A stretch of 61,525 nt of DNA, filler included, from Trypethelium eluteriae (lineage: Eukaryota): the NCBI GenBank assembly GCA_051942245.1. It is 3 parts of 3 records of this genome, joined end to end, with 100 filler letters (N's around TTAATTAATTAA, not from the genome) between each part and the next. Parts side by side here need not be neighbours in the genome. Positions count along the whole stretch, not along the records: positions 20,615 to 41,030 come from JAVECL010000498.1; 2 more parts are not named here. One strand, given 5' to 3'. Below, one piece after another: positions 24,572 through 35,912 of this stretch. Every line of letters starts with the position of its first letter. Positions within the stretch are counted from its first letter, which is position 1. Under the pieces are notes generated by a model, which was not told the origin of the DNA, made no database searches, and worked only from the letters and a program-made list of their open reading frames with translations. Position numbers and translations under genes: made by a program.

Positions 24572-26239
24572 ATGGCCCGCCGAAGTCGAGCACAACTCTC
24601 GGAATCTTGGGCCATGATGGATGAGGATGACAGCCGTGGCTCAAATGATGAATCACGGCTGGAGTCAGAGCATACTTCTCCACCCGGTGATGCTAGTTAT
24701 GTCGACATAAGGCCGTCTCCGCCCAGGTCTTCGAGGAGGCAGACCCCTGTGAGGCATACTCGGAACCCAGCCGCCTCTACTGGACCAACTCTGATCATGC
24801 CGTCTATCGAACAGCCACGGCAGACTCCCTGCTTTAATCCACTGCCAGAAGAATCTCCAATACCAAGAACGAGGGGTTCAAGACGAAAGCATTCCTCTGG
24901 AGATACTCACCGTACAACGAAGCCCAGAGGCAACACTCCAAGGCAACGAAGATCGAGTGATCAAAGGACGCGGAGTTCATCCATTGAAGAAGAATCGAAC
25001 GCACCGCAATTGTTTGAAGGCGTAACGAAGTATTTACTCTGGCCGTCTTTGAAGATCCTATGGCGAATATCTTCTAGTACCATCAGCCTGATAGCTCCTT
25101 GGGTACCATTAATACTTGCCATTTGGATCATAACTGGCCTCATCTACTTCAGCATTAACTTTGCCTACTTCTCCGTCTCAAACGCCCTGTCCCCTCTTTG
25201 CAATGTGCCCTTGGTTGCATGGTACTGGTCTGGTTACTGCGGTCCACGGATTTCGCCACCCTCGGCTCCCGAGGAATTGGATGAACTCATTATACTTCAG
25301 TCCTCGTTGGAGGATGTCTTGTCCTCATCTACGTCGAACAACGTGAGTTCTCTTCCGATGGACATCACGAGGAGTGTGCTACACCTGAGCGAACTGAGAC
25401 ACAATGTACGCGTCTCTAAACTCCCGTCAAAGAATGAGCTTGTCCTTGAGCTGGAAGCATTCCATGAATCAGCCAATGATGCCTCCAGCAAACTCGGTTC
25501 ATATGGCAGCAGTATCGGACGCGCAGTCGACAAGATCATTACGACTAATCGCTGGACGTTGAGAAAGTTAGACAGCATCGCACATGCGGATGCCGAGCGG
25601 GGCTTTGTGGAGAGGTTTAAGGATGACATTATGTCACCCTTCAGACCACGAATCGTAAGGTATGATGAGATTCTCGAGCAGTATCTCCAGCACACCGACG
25701 TTATTGAGGAGCAAATCACAAATCTCATCCTTGAAGCACATGCCCTTGTCAAAGCACTACAACTTCTCGACAATCGGTTGGACACGATCGCCTTTATCAC
25801 CAAACGTGATGGAATTGACATAGCCGACGCCAAGGATGAGCTTCTGGCTCGGCTGTGGACCTACTTTGGAGGCAACAAATATGAGGTCAAGCAAATTGAC
25901 AGGAAATTGGCCCTCATATCGGATCTTTCCAAGTACCGTCAGCTTGCTGTTGCCCACGTCTTAGCTACCATCCGGAAACTTGAAGGGATCCAAAATGGTC
26001 TCAAAGACCTGCGAGAGCGCATAGTGCAGCCCGGTCTTGATGTTGGAAGACGTGACATGCCGCTCGAGTGGCATATATACAACATCCAGCTTGGGCTAGA
26101 GAGATTGGAGCTGCAGAAAATGGAGAGTAATCGGGCTCTCGATCAAGACTTGAGCCGATACTACGATAGCAAGGGTGGGAGGAGAGACGAGGGTAGAATG
26201 ATTGAAGGGAGGATGACGACGGTGGACGCCGGCGCGTGA
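24572..26239 (+). CDS. Hypothetical membrane protein: disordered basic N-terminus, transmembrane segment(s), helical/coiled-coil C-terminal domain
   Basis: Intronless 555-aa ATG ORF. Hydrophobic stretch LIAPWVPLILAIWIITGLIYFSINFAYF followed by LSPLCNVP..YC and a long amphipathic helical region. Confidence 0.75.
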   Translation: MARRSRAQLSESWAMMDEDDSRGSNDESRLESEHTSPPGDASYVDIRPSPPRSSRRQTPVRHTRNPAASTGPTLIMPSIEQPRQTPCFNPLPEESPIPRTRGSRRKHSSGDTHRTTKPRGNTPRQRRSSDQRTRSSSIEEESNAPQLFEGVTKYLLWPSLKILWRISSSTISLIAPWVPLILAIWIITGLIYFSINFAYFSVSNALSPLCNVPLVAWYWSGYCGPRISPPSAPEELDELIILQSSLEDVLSSSTSNNVSSLPMDITRSVLHLSELRHNVRVSKLPSKNELVLELEAFHESANDASSKLGSYGSSIGRAVDKIITTNRWTLRKLDSIAHADAERGFVERFKDDIMSPFRPRIVRYDEILEQYLQHTDVIEEQITNLILEAHALVKALQLLDNRLDTIAFITKRDGIDIADAKDELLARLWTYFGGNKYEVKQIDRKLALISDLSKYRQLAVAHVLATIRKLEGIQNGLKDLRERIVQPGLDVGRRDMPLEWHIYNIQLGLERLELQKMESNRALDQDLSRYYDSKGGRRDEGRMIEGRMTTVDAGA

Positions 26240-26819
26240 AGGGATAGGTCGTGAATGCCTGAAGTAAGGAAGAATCGAAGAGGCGGCATCGAGCCGGAAA
26301 GCTCCCTACAGGATACCCCAAATAGTCCAAACCGATGTTTTATGCCATGCACACTTTGGGGCCTGTGTCAGATGAAGCCACGCAACGTCAAATCCCTGAT
26401 ATCATGCCATCTTTTCTCTCCGACAGAACTACCTCGAATGGGCTCTGGTATTTCCAGCGCGCAGAATTCGCATTGCAGGCGGTCCGTAAATATTGGTATG
26501 ATCTGACAATGGTCTCGCAATATGCATTCCCTATTTGGACGCTGGACTACTATCTTGGCTCTACTTCGCTGGTCATTAAGTGAGGCATGCGTCGCTGTGA
26601 AACTGACCTTCGTAGATGAGTGGTCTTCAAATGCAGGTACAGTGCGAGGTTGTCCTTCTCATGAATCTGTTTATGATGTTTTCGGGTTGCCATCTAATGG
26701 GACGGCGGATCCCAAAATATGGACTGGCTCTGTCCAATACTGTGCTGCTCCAAGAATTTTACATGATATGACCATGACTCTCCGTAGTAGTTTATCATAG
26801 CGTCTTCCGGTCGTTGCAT

Positions 26820-26864
26820 CTTGGAGGACTCGGAGGACTTGGAGAACTTGAAGGACTTGGAAAA
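26820..26864. repeat. Degenerate 9-bp tandem repeat, 5 copies (consensus CTTGGAGGA)
   Basis: cttggagga ctcggagga cttggagaa cttgaagga cttggaaaa. Confidence 0.7.
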
Positions 26865-27969
26865 GAAAGTTCATGGATACCAGGGTTCAAACCGGAGAAG
26901 AACCAAGGATGACTATGCCTCGCTCTGAGGCCTGGTGTTGTAATCATTGCGAGCACCTCGAATCCACTGATGTTCATTCGGTCCAGGACCAGAGATTCGT
27001 AACGAATTCAGTTACCAACAGATACTACCAAGGGATGAGCCTGGCAAAACGTGTGGCTTTCAGATACCTGTGACGAGAGGCAGGGTCGGCCAACAATGCT
27101 GATGAGACACGGTGTCAGGAAACAACGTCTTCCCACTCGTCGATTCCAAACTTATGTCAAGAAGGCGAGAGCGTCTGTCTTCAAAATGGATTTTCAGAAA
27201 CCTTCTCCAAAGGACGTCTCCGCATTATTGCAGCATGCACCACGCTATCCCAGCATCCTCTTACTTTATGATTCTCGTTTTCACGTAAAAATTGTCAACA
27301 CAGCTTGCGAAAAACGACTGTACGACGACGCAAAAGATCTGCGCAATCAGAGCTTCGTGAAGTGTCAAAACTTCGTCGCCTTCCCCTTCCTGTTAGGTAG
27401 GAGCTTTCTTCTAATTAACCAGACCGAAGTCTGATGCAAGTCGCACAGCTTCTGAGCCTCAGACCCCGAGAAGAGGGCCGAAATGGTGTGCCAAGTGATT
27501 GAAAATTCCTTGACTGCGGCACTCTGCGGAAGCTACTTTTACTTGCCGTGCTTGCTTTGGGGAAGAGTGTCACTGTCTCCATTATCATCCGAAGAATCGG
27601 TCCATTTGTCGGAGGTAGGATAGCCCAATTTCCGCCTCATTGTCGATCATTTCCTGTGCCTTCTCGCGCTTCTCCACAATACCCTAACATCTGTGCTTCT
27701 CCACTCTTAGCGGCCGTTCCTGGCAGCCACACCTCGTCATATTGCGGGGATTTTTGATTTTTTGGACCCTGAAATTTCCATTTCCTCATCGTCGATGATG
27801 GGATTATAAATGAACTCGAATGTACGCTGCCAATGTCGTCCCCTGGCGTCCAGCAAGGTCCCAGGAGTTTTCTTGCCGTCTGGCAATGTTACAGTTCGAT
27901 TTATAGCTCGCAGCTTCTTCTCTCAAGGCCTTCTTTTTGAAAACAAAACTAGCGCGCTCACCCAGCAAA

Positions 27970-30900
27970 ATGCTGTGTCCCATTCAGCACGCATTTCTAC
28001 TTTCTTGGTCTGTGCTAATCAATAGCTTTGCTCAGGCGCAAACTTCATCCGCTAGCTCAGCAGATGGATTGAACTCCTTGACAAGCACTTCAAGTGCAAG
28101 CATTGGAACAGCTACAATCAATGGCACTCCAACAACATACCGTAATATTTTTACTGTTCCAGCAGCTGCGGACTCCGGCGTACCAGTAATACCAAATATC
28201 GAAGACCCTCAAGCCGTCGATGCTCAGTCAGTATGCCCGGGATATTCCGCTTCGAATGTCGTCCGAAATGCCTACGGCTTCAGTGCAATACTCAACCTTG
28301 CGGGGCCTGCCTGCAATTTGTATGGCACAGATATTGAGACACTGGACCTTACTGTTCAGTACCAGTCCGGCAGCAGGCTCTCAGTGAAGATAACTCCGTC
28401 GAATATTGTAAGTCTTCAAATGGAATAAATTTCCAAGCTACTGTCAGCTCCTAACCTAGATAGGCCCCTTCAGAGACCTCATGGTACATCTTACCCAATG
28501 ATCTAGTTCAGGAACCGACCCTGGATGCCGATGCGAACTACACCTCTCAGGCAAGCGATTTACAGTTCAGCTGGAGTAATGACCCGACATTCGGCTTCAG
28601 CGTTATCCGCAAATCCACGGGGGATGTTTTGTTCGATACTACTGGCAACAGACTTATCTTCGAGAACCAGTTCATTGAGTTTTCCTCAGGCCTCCCAGAA
28701 GAATACAACCTGTACGGTCTTGGCGAACATATTCACGGCTTGCGATTGGGTAATAACTTCACCGCGACAATGTATGCAGCAGATGTTGGTGATCCAATCG
28801 ATGACAACATCTATGGTACCCATCCTTTCTATCTGGATACAAGATACTACGAACAGGACCCCTCATCGGGAAACTTAACACTTGTAACTTCTAATGAGAC
28901 GGACCCTAACGCTTCTTATGTCTCATACTCCCACGGTGTGTATCTTCGTAATGCCCATGGCCATGAGATCTTGTTGAAACCCGAGAACGTCACCTGGCGC
29001 ACGCTCGGTGGAAGCATTGACCTGTACTTCTTTGACGGGCCATCTCAGCCAGAGGTAACGGCGAACTATCAGGAGGCCGCCATTGGATTACCTGCAATGC
29101 AACAATATTTCGCCTTCGGTTACCATCAATGCAGATGGGGCTATCGTAACTGGACTGAGCTCTCCAATGTTGTCAACAATTTCCGCCAATTCGACATCCC
29201 GCTGGAGAATATCTGGACCGACATCGATTATATGAATCAGTATCGAGACTACGACAATGACCAGAATCGATTCTCCTATCCTGAAGGCGAGCAATTCTTG
29301 AGCCAACTACATGCCAATGGTCAGCACTACATCCCCATCGTTGACTCTGCTATTTATGTTCCAAATCCGAGCAACGCCAGCGACGCTTATGGGACATACA
29401 CTCGCGGTAATGACTCTGGAGTCTTCATGATGAATCCGGATGGCAGTCAGTACATTGGCAATGTCTGGCCAGGCTATACAGTCTTTCCAGATTGGCTTTC
29501 CGACAAAGCAGTGCCGTGGTGGACAGATGAAATGGTAATGTGGCATGACAAGGTTGCCTTCGATGGTATTTGGATCGATATGTCGGAAGTATCCTCATTC
29601 TGTGTCGGTTCTTGCGGATCAGGCAATATCACCCTCAATCCAGTCCACCCGCCATTTGCACTACCAGGCGAGCCCGGAAATGTCATCTACGATTATCCCG
29701 AAGATTTCAACGTTACCAACGCGACACAAGCCGCCTCTGCCGCCTCCGCTTCGTCTAGTCAAGCTGCTGCGACATCTGCTACTGCTGGATCCACCGTCGC
29801 TACATCATATGTTCGCACAACACCTACCCCGGGTGTCCGCAATGTCAACTACCCGCCATACACAATCAACAATGTTCAGGGAGATCTTGCTGTCCATGCT
29901 GTTTCCCCTAATGCTACTCATCACAACGGCGTTCAAGAATATGACGTCCACAACCTCTTCGGCTACCAAATTCTCAACGCTACCTACCAAGCTCTTGTCT
30001 CCGTCTTTCCTGGCAAGCGCCCACTCATCATCGGACGCTCCACCTTCGCTGGCGCCGGCAAGTGGGCAGGTCACTGGGGCGGCGACAACTACAGCCAATG
30101 GCGCTACATGTACTTCTCGATCCCGCAAGCCCTCAGCTTCGCCCTCTTCGGCATCCCCATGTTCGGTGTCGACACGTGCGGCTTCAACGGCAACTCAGAC
30201 GAGGAGCTTTGCAACCGCTGGATGCAGCTCAGTGCCTTCTTCCCCTTCTATCGCAACCACAACACCTTCTCAGCCGACCCCCAGGAGCCCTACGTCTGGA
30301 GCAGCGTCATTGACGCCTCCAAGACCGCTATGGCTATCCGCTATTCCATCCTGCCGTACATGTACACCCTCTTCCATCAGGCCCACACCACGGGCTCCAC
30401 CGTCATGCGTGCCCTCTCCTGGGAGTTCCCCACCGAGCCTAGCCTCGCCTCCGCGGACCGCCAATTCTTGCTCGGCTCGTCTCTCCTCGTCACGCCCGTC
30501 CTTGAGCCCCTCGCCACCACTGTGGATGGTGTGTTCCCGGGCGTCAAAGACGGTACAGTCTGGTACGACTGGTATAACCAGACGGCGGTGGATGTTCCAG
30601 CCGGTGCGAACGTAACCATCGATGCGCCGCTGGGCCATATCCCACTGTATGTCCGGGGTGGCAGCGTGATGCCGATGCAGGAGCCTGGATATACGACGGC
30701 TGAGTCGCGGAAGAATCCCTGGGCTCTCCTGACAGCGCTGGACCAGGAGGGGTCGGCCACAGGGCAGTTGTATGTGGATGACGGCGAGTCGATTGAGCCG
30801 ACGGATACGCTGTTGGTGGATTTCACAGCCACGCAGGGAAGCCTCTATGCCAGTGCTAGGGGTACGTACAATGACACGAACGCGTTGGCGAACGTGACGG

Positions 30901-31064
30901 TCTTAGGAGTGGAGAATGCTGGGAATAGCGTCACGCTGAATGGCAAGACTCTATCCAGCGGTGTGCAGTATGATGGCACGAATAAGATTTTGAAGGTGAC
31001 GGGGCTGAACAATATGACAAGCACGGGGGCATGGAGCCAGGATTGGGTATTAAGTTGGTCGTAG
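27970..31064 (+). CDS. agdA: Secreted GH31 alpha-glucosidase (AgdA-type); exons 27970-28407 and 28464-31064
   Basis: Signal peptide; NIEDPQAVDAQSVCPGY; YGLGEH; GYHQCRWGY; WTDIDYM; nucleophile DGIWIDMSE; acid/base HWGGDN; DTCGFNGNSDEELCNRWMQLSAFFPFYRNHN. GTAAGT..CTAAC..TAG intron keeps the frame. Confidence 0.95.
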
Positions 31065-31276
31065 ATGTTTGGTCCAATAACGTACCGCTCTGGAAAAACG
31101 GAGACTTCGGCTATGAATAACGAATTTTTTTACTATGCATCGAAAACTAATCAATATTCAAGAACTGAATACAACTGAGATGCCTAAATGCTACAATAAT
31201 ATGCTGCAAGACGCCACTAACGGTACAATGCGGAGGGCTATGTCAAATTCGTATCATTCGTGCCCAACTGATCATC

Positions 31277-33054
31277 TTAGTGCACCTGACTCATCCGCTC
31301 CATCCTCGACTTGGTCAGCTCCAACTTCAGACTATCTCTTGCCTGCGCTGGAAGCGTTTTTGTTCGACTCAAACCAGGGCCCTTAGGCACCCCCTGCTTC
31401 TCTTCCTCGTCCTTTCTCAGCATACTACTGTACCTCTTCGGCCGCGACAATCCCGCTTCAAACTTCTCCCGCGCATCGTCGATAAGACTTCCTCTAATCG
31501 GAACAGGACCTCGTGCCTCGCTCTCACTCTTTCTAGGCCCCTCTTCAAGTTTCGCCCTGGCAGATGCAACTTGCGACGACGAAGCCGGCGTAGGCGTGCA
31601 GTAACCCACATCCACATCGCCTCTCTCCCTCAACTCTCCCGCCTCATCCTCTTCTTCCTCCCTGATTCCGCCCAACCCAATCACCTTTCCGTTCGACAAC
31701 CCCAGCCCACTATCCGCTCTATCCCTGCCCGCCGTTTCTACCTCACCCGCGACCTTCGTATCCTCTCCCACAACTTCCTCCTCCTCATACTCATCATCCG
31801 ACTCCACCTCAAACTGGAACTTCGCCATCTCGCACAAATTCAGGCTCTGCCGCTGCTCCACTGCCAACCCGACCTCCTCGTCACGCACCTCTCCCAGAGA
31901 CCCATGCCGCTCCCCAAGCGAGACACTACGCACGCGGGCATCGAAGGACTCGGTGCGAGCGGGTTCGCCAGCGGAGCGATCGCGGCCGAACGATGAGCTG
32001 CGCGCGCGTTGGCGGAGGGACTGTGAGCGGGAGAGAGCGCCAGCGCTCGGAGCAGGCGATTGGGACACGGGCGTCGAGGTGGACTGTGATGCAGATTGGG
32101 AGTGCGAGCGCGAACGCGAGCGCGAATGCGAGGACTGTGAGTGGGAGAGGGAGTGAGAGCGCGAGAGCTGGAGGAGGGCTTGAGATTGGGACTGCCGACG
32201 GACGGGGAGGGCGACTTCTTCCCAGTCGACGCTGCGTTCGGTGCGGGAGACGCCGTGGTCGGCGAGGCTGTCGAGTTCGGCGAGGAAGTGGGTTTGCCAG
32301 ATCTCGGGCTTGAGGTTCTCGGTTGCGCGGGCGGGGTCTTTGAACGCCTCGCCGCTGTGGCGGTCGCGCCATTGCACGATGACGATGTATTCCTCGTCGT
32401 CGGCATGGTCGCACTCGCCTTTTTGGGCGGCGGCTTCTTGCTCGTAAGTGGGATAGGCGGCCTGCGACCAAGCCCTATGGCACCCTTTGAAGGCTTGCAT
32501 GCCTGCTTGAGGCGGCATGTGAGTCACTACATTCCTCTTATTCGTTGGGTCTCCCGAAATATACGGATTGAGCTTGAGAGACTCGATACGAGCGCGTAGA
32601 TCTGCAGCATCGGAGGAGGGGTATGAGGAGGCTGATGGGGAAAAGGACGAGGAAAAGGAGGGCAGACTCAAGGTATGGATATCACACGGGATAGGGGATC
32701 TTGAAGTAGTTATAGTATCAAGAGTAGTTGGGAAGTGTAGATGACGGGCGGATGGAAGAGACGCTAGATGTGGAAGGAGGGATTCGAGGGATGGTGTGCT
32801 GAAGTCGGTCGTCCAGCCTAGTAAAAGAGAATTGTTAGTTTTGCGTGAATCGGGCAATGGCCAATACATAACATACCGACTAGGAGTATAGCGTTCTTCG
32901 GATCATAAGGACCAGAGCCTCTGTAAAGGAAACAGCAATTATCATCTTCACGAATGGCGTCCACTACGGTCTCGAGCGCGGCACTGTTGCCTGTATCTAC
33001 GAACTTGTCCAATGGCTCTTCGAAATCGAGAGTAATGAGAGTGGCCGAAGTCAT
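31277..33054 (-). CDS. Hypothetical protein with a possible ABM-like (dimeric alpha+beta barrel) N-terminal half and a Ser/Arg/Glu-rich disordered C-terminus; one intron
   Basis: MTSATLITLDF...NAILLV|GWTTDF via GTATGT..CTAAC..TAG joins ORF 32818-33054 to 31277-32869. ILLVGW and EYIVIVQWRDRHSGEAFK resemble tandem ABM-type strands; the domain call is tentative. Confidence 0.65.
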
Positions 33055-35912
33055 GATGTATGATTTTCCGAGAGACAGAGACTATTGAATATACGAGTAG
33101 GTATCGGAGATTTTCAACAGCATTTGGTAGAGTGACCTTCAAGTCAAGTAGGATAGTAAAGCTTATGTCTCTCGAAGACGACTTCACCGGCTTTAGAATG
33201 CCCGGAGGCACACCCATAGCTGGCCATGTGCCGCAGGAGACGATGCATGTCAGAGACAGTTGCTCTTGTCAAGAAGTTGACGTGTTGGAGCGAGTTGCGA
33301 GCTGCAGCTAACAGAGATGTTTAGTTGGATTTGTGGAGGATAAGGAGCCACATGGATCCTTTTGGGGGGATGACGTAGACTCTGTCATGGAGTGTTTCAG
33401 AAGGACAGACACACCTAACACATTTTCGCATCTCTTCATGGCACGACGTCCTGAATAAGGCAATGGATAAACAGGGCGCTATTCTAAATGAATCGGGTCG
33501 TATATGCCAATTGCAGTTTTGGGGAGCTCGTGTTCTGGGAATAACGTCCTGAGGCTCGATTCAAGCGGCCTCTGCGTTGCAAACATCGACCACCCCATTA
33601 TTTCTTCCATCTTCTCGGGCCAATTTATGTATACCACGCATTCAGCTATTCCATGATATGTACTGAGTACTGCGCAGACCTTCGCAGAGTGCCTGAAATG
33701 TAGGAAATCCAGTGGGTTTCTCTGACCACCTCAGGAAGTAACCGGTGCTTTCTTCGGATCATCATAACTGGAGATACCCCAGAACTGGTCAGCAAGTCAT
33801 ACTCCCATTCATGCGCTGAATCCTTTTAGTCAGGCTCACTGACCGGGAATTAATCTGCGATCTATCTCATCCTGGAAGATAGCAAGAAGGTCACGTAGAC
33901 TACAAGATACCTATCCAGCTACTGCTAATGTCTTCTTTTGCTCCTCTTTAAAGGGTGCCTCAAATTGCAATCAGACGAAACGCGAAGAAACGCGGCTAAG
34001 GTTCCGAATTCACGATTTGCGCTAAGACGGCCAAACGTGGCGTAAAGGTTATCTCAGGTTGACGCCACCTATCGTACTCTACCTAATTACCAGATCTTTC
34101 CTCCAAACTATGACCGGCGAAAGCCCCACAGTATTAGGCAAGCCGAGGAGCTTAGACAAGGACTTACTCGAAATTGTGTAATCAAATGGATGAGATATCA
34201 ATGCCTCTCATGCTTTTGAGACGAACACACTGCGAGGCAAAAATTAGTGATGCCAGAAGGTAGGGCTACTTTAGGTGTAGTCCTGTATTTATCCAGTGAC
34301 AGTGGGTTGCCGGCTGACGGCTGCTACTCTCGATAATGGTGAAGCGTACGAGTAGAAGAGGTATAATAGCCCTACTCATCCAGGACTTCAATGAATTATC
34401 CTTGTATGCTCTGGAATCGAGGATACAGAATATCTTGCCTATTCTCGCTAGGCATGCATGCATCGCAGCCGAGGCAAAATGCATCGAGAACGGGGAGGAC
34501 TGCAAGTTTCCTGCAGGAGCTTCTTCAGCCATTTATAAAGTACATGTAGTTAGGATAAGTAGCACGCTTGGATTGTAATTATCTACGAATCAAAAGGCGA
34601 CTCCGCATCACGACCAAGCGGATTGAAATAAGGTTAGGTGCAATGCAGCGATTCGCAAGCAAGCATGGTCACACCGTCAAACGGAAAATCAAGATTCGGA
34701 ACGCCAGTTCGGGGCAATCAGACTAGAAGCCAAAGTTCGATCGCCATGACTGCCTATCCGCCAACCTAGGAATGAAGAGACGTGGAGGTTGACGATGTCA
34801 AAGACACGGTTGGCCAGTCATGACTTCAACTTAGCCGGCGTGGAGAGCCGGTACCCAGGTTCAGCGTCGGAAGTGGCATCTTCCTCCACCCCTCCACCAC
34901 GGGATCGAGTGGATAACTGACTCTGAAACTTGGGTTGAACCCACCTATTGACATCGTCTGTGAATGAAGGTTTGGAAGTAGTCGTCATCATTCATTCTTT
35001 CTCCCCTCTCTTCAACATGCATTCAACTCTCGATATCGAAATCTTTTGACAGAAGTACACATCAAAAATGTTCAAATCGCTGTATGGCTGCAGGATCGCT
35101 GTCACGTCACGGCGTGGCTGGATCAAGCAAACCCTTGTCTGCCTCGTGGGATTCTAATTTTGAGCATCGACATCACAGCAGCAAAGGATCAAGCCATGCA
35201 CTGAGCGCAGGATGATCGCGAACACTCGGCATGAACCTGCAGCCAGTGGCATTAGAGACAGATCCGGACCAAGCATCCCTGTAGCCTACCATGCTTATTA
35301 GGTCTGCTTTCATTCGTGCTCTTTAGGGAGCGCTGCTTTGCGAGCTACCTAGATGACAACAAGGATATGCTCAGTGGGCCTGTTGAAAGGATAGGGTTCG
35401 TTCATCTCTGACACCGAACAACACAGTCGGGAGATCTAGACACACAGTCATTTCACATTCGAAGTTCGTTTCAGCTGTGCCATGAGAAGCTCCCCAGAGT
35501 TCGAGACGAGTCGAGGGGTACAAGGATTGGTGAATCTCGGCCATGCGATGCCATCGCTTGGAAGCATGGCAGAAATCAATGATTTCTTTGCAAGGGGCAC
35601 CTGCAGCCGGCGTGCAGAAAGCAGCGTACGTGCCTGGATTTGGACAGTCTGGCGCCGAAAAGAGGAAGCATCTTCAGAAGGTGGCGGCAGGCCGCCAATG
35701 AGAGAGTTCCACTCTCGTCTACTGTCGGGAACGCTAACGGGAGATTCTGCAGAGAGTGCAGATCGCGCCGAGATGTTGGCGCAAACTCCAGCTTCCGCCA
35801 ACTCGCCCGATCCCCATTCTCCGAGACCAAGCAGCCTGGGCAGACGAAGCCGGTCCACATGGCCTGGCCACACACGGCAACTTGTCAACTTGCTCTCAGA
35901 GTCCAGCGCGTC

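Noticed and set aside
26880..26900. GGTTCAAA/TTCGAA T-loop-like motifs (also near 34000 and 52911)
   Set aside because: No T-stem pairing or cloverleaf could be built, so no tRNA was called.
27420..27969. AmyR (CGG-N8-CGG/AGG) and CreA sites upstream of the alpha-glucosidase
   Set aside because: CGG pairs found have N7 or N9 spacing and CGGAAATT lacks the second triplet. GCGGGG at 27744 is too short to be significant alone.
29545..30615. 356-aa overlapping ORF in GH31 and similar ORFs in 31280-32600 and 38575-39225
   Set aside because: Frame shadows of skewed GC-rich coding sequence.
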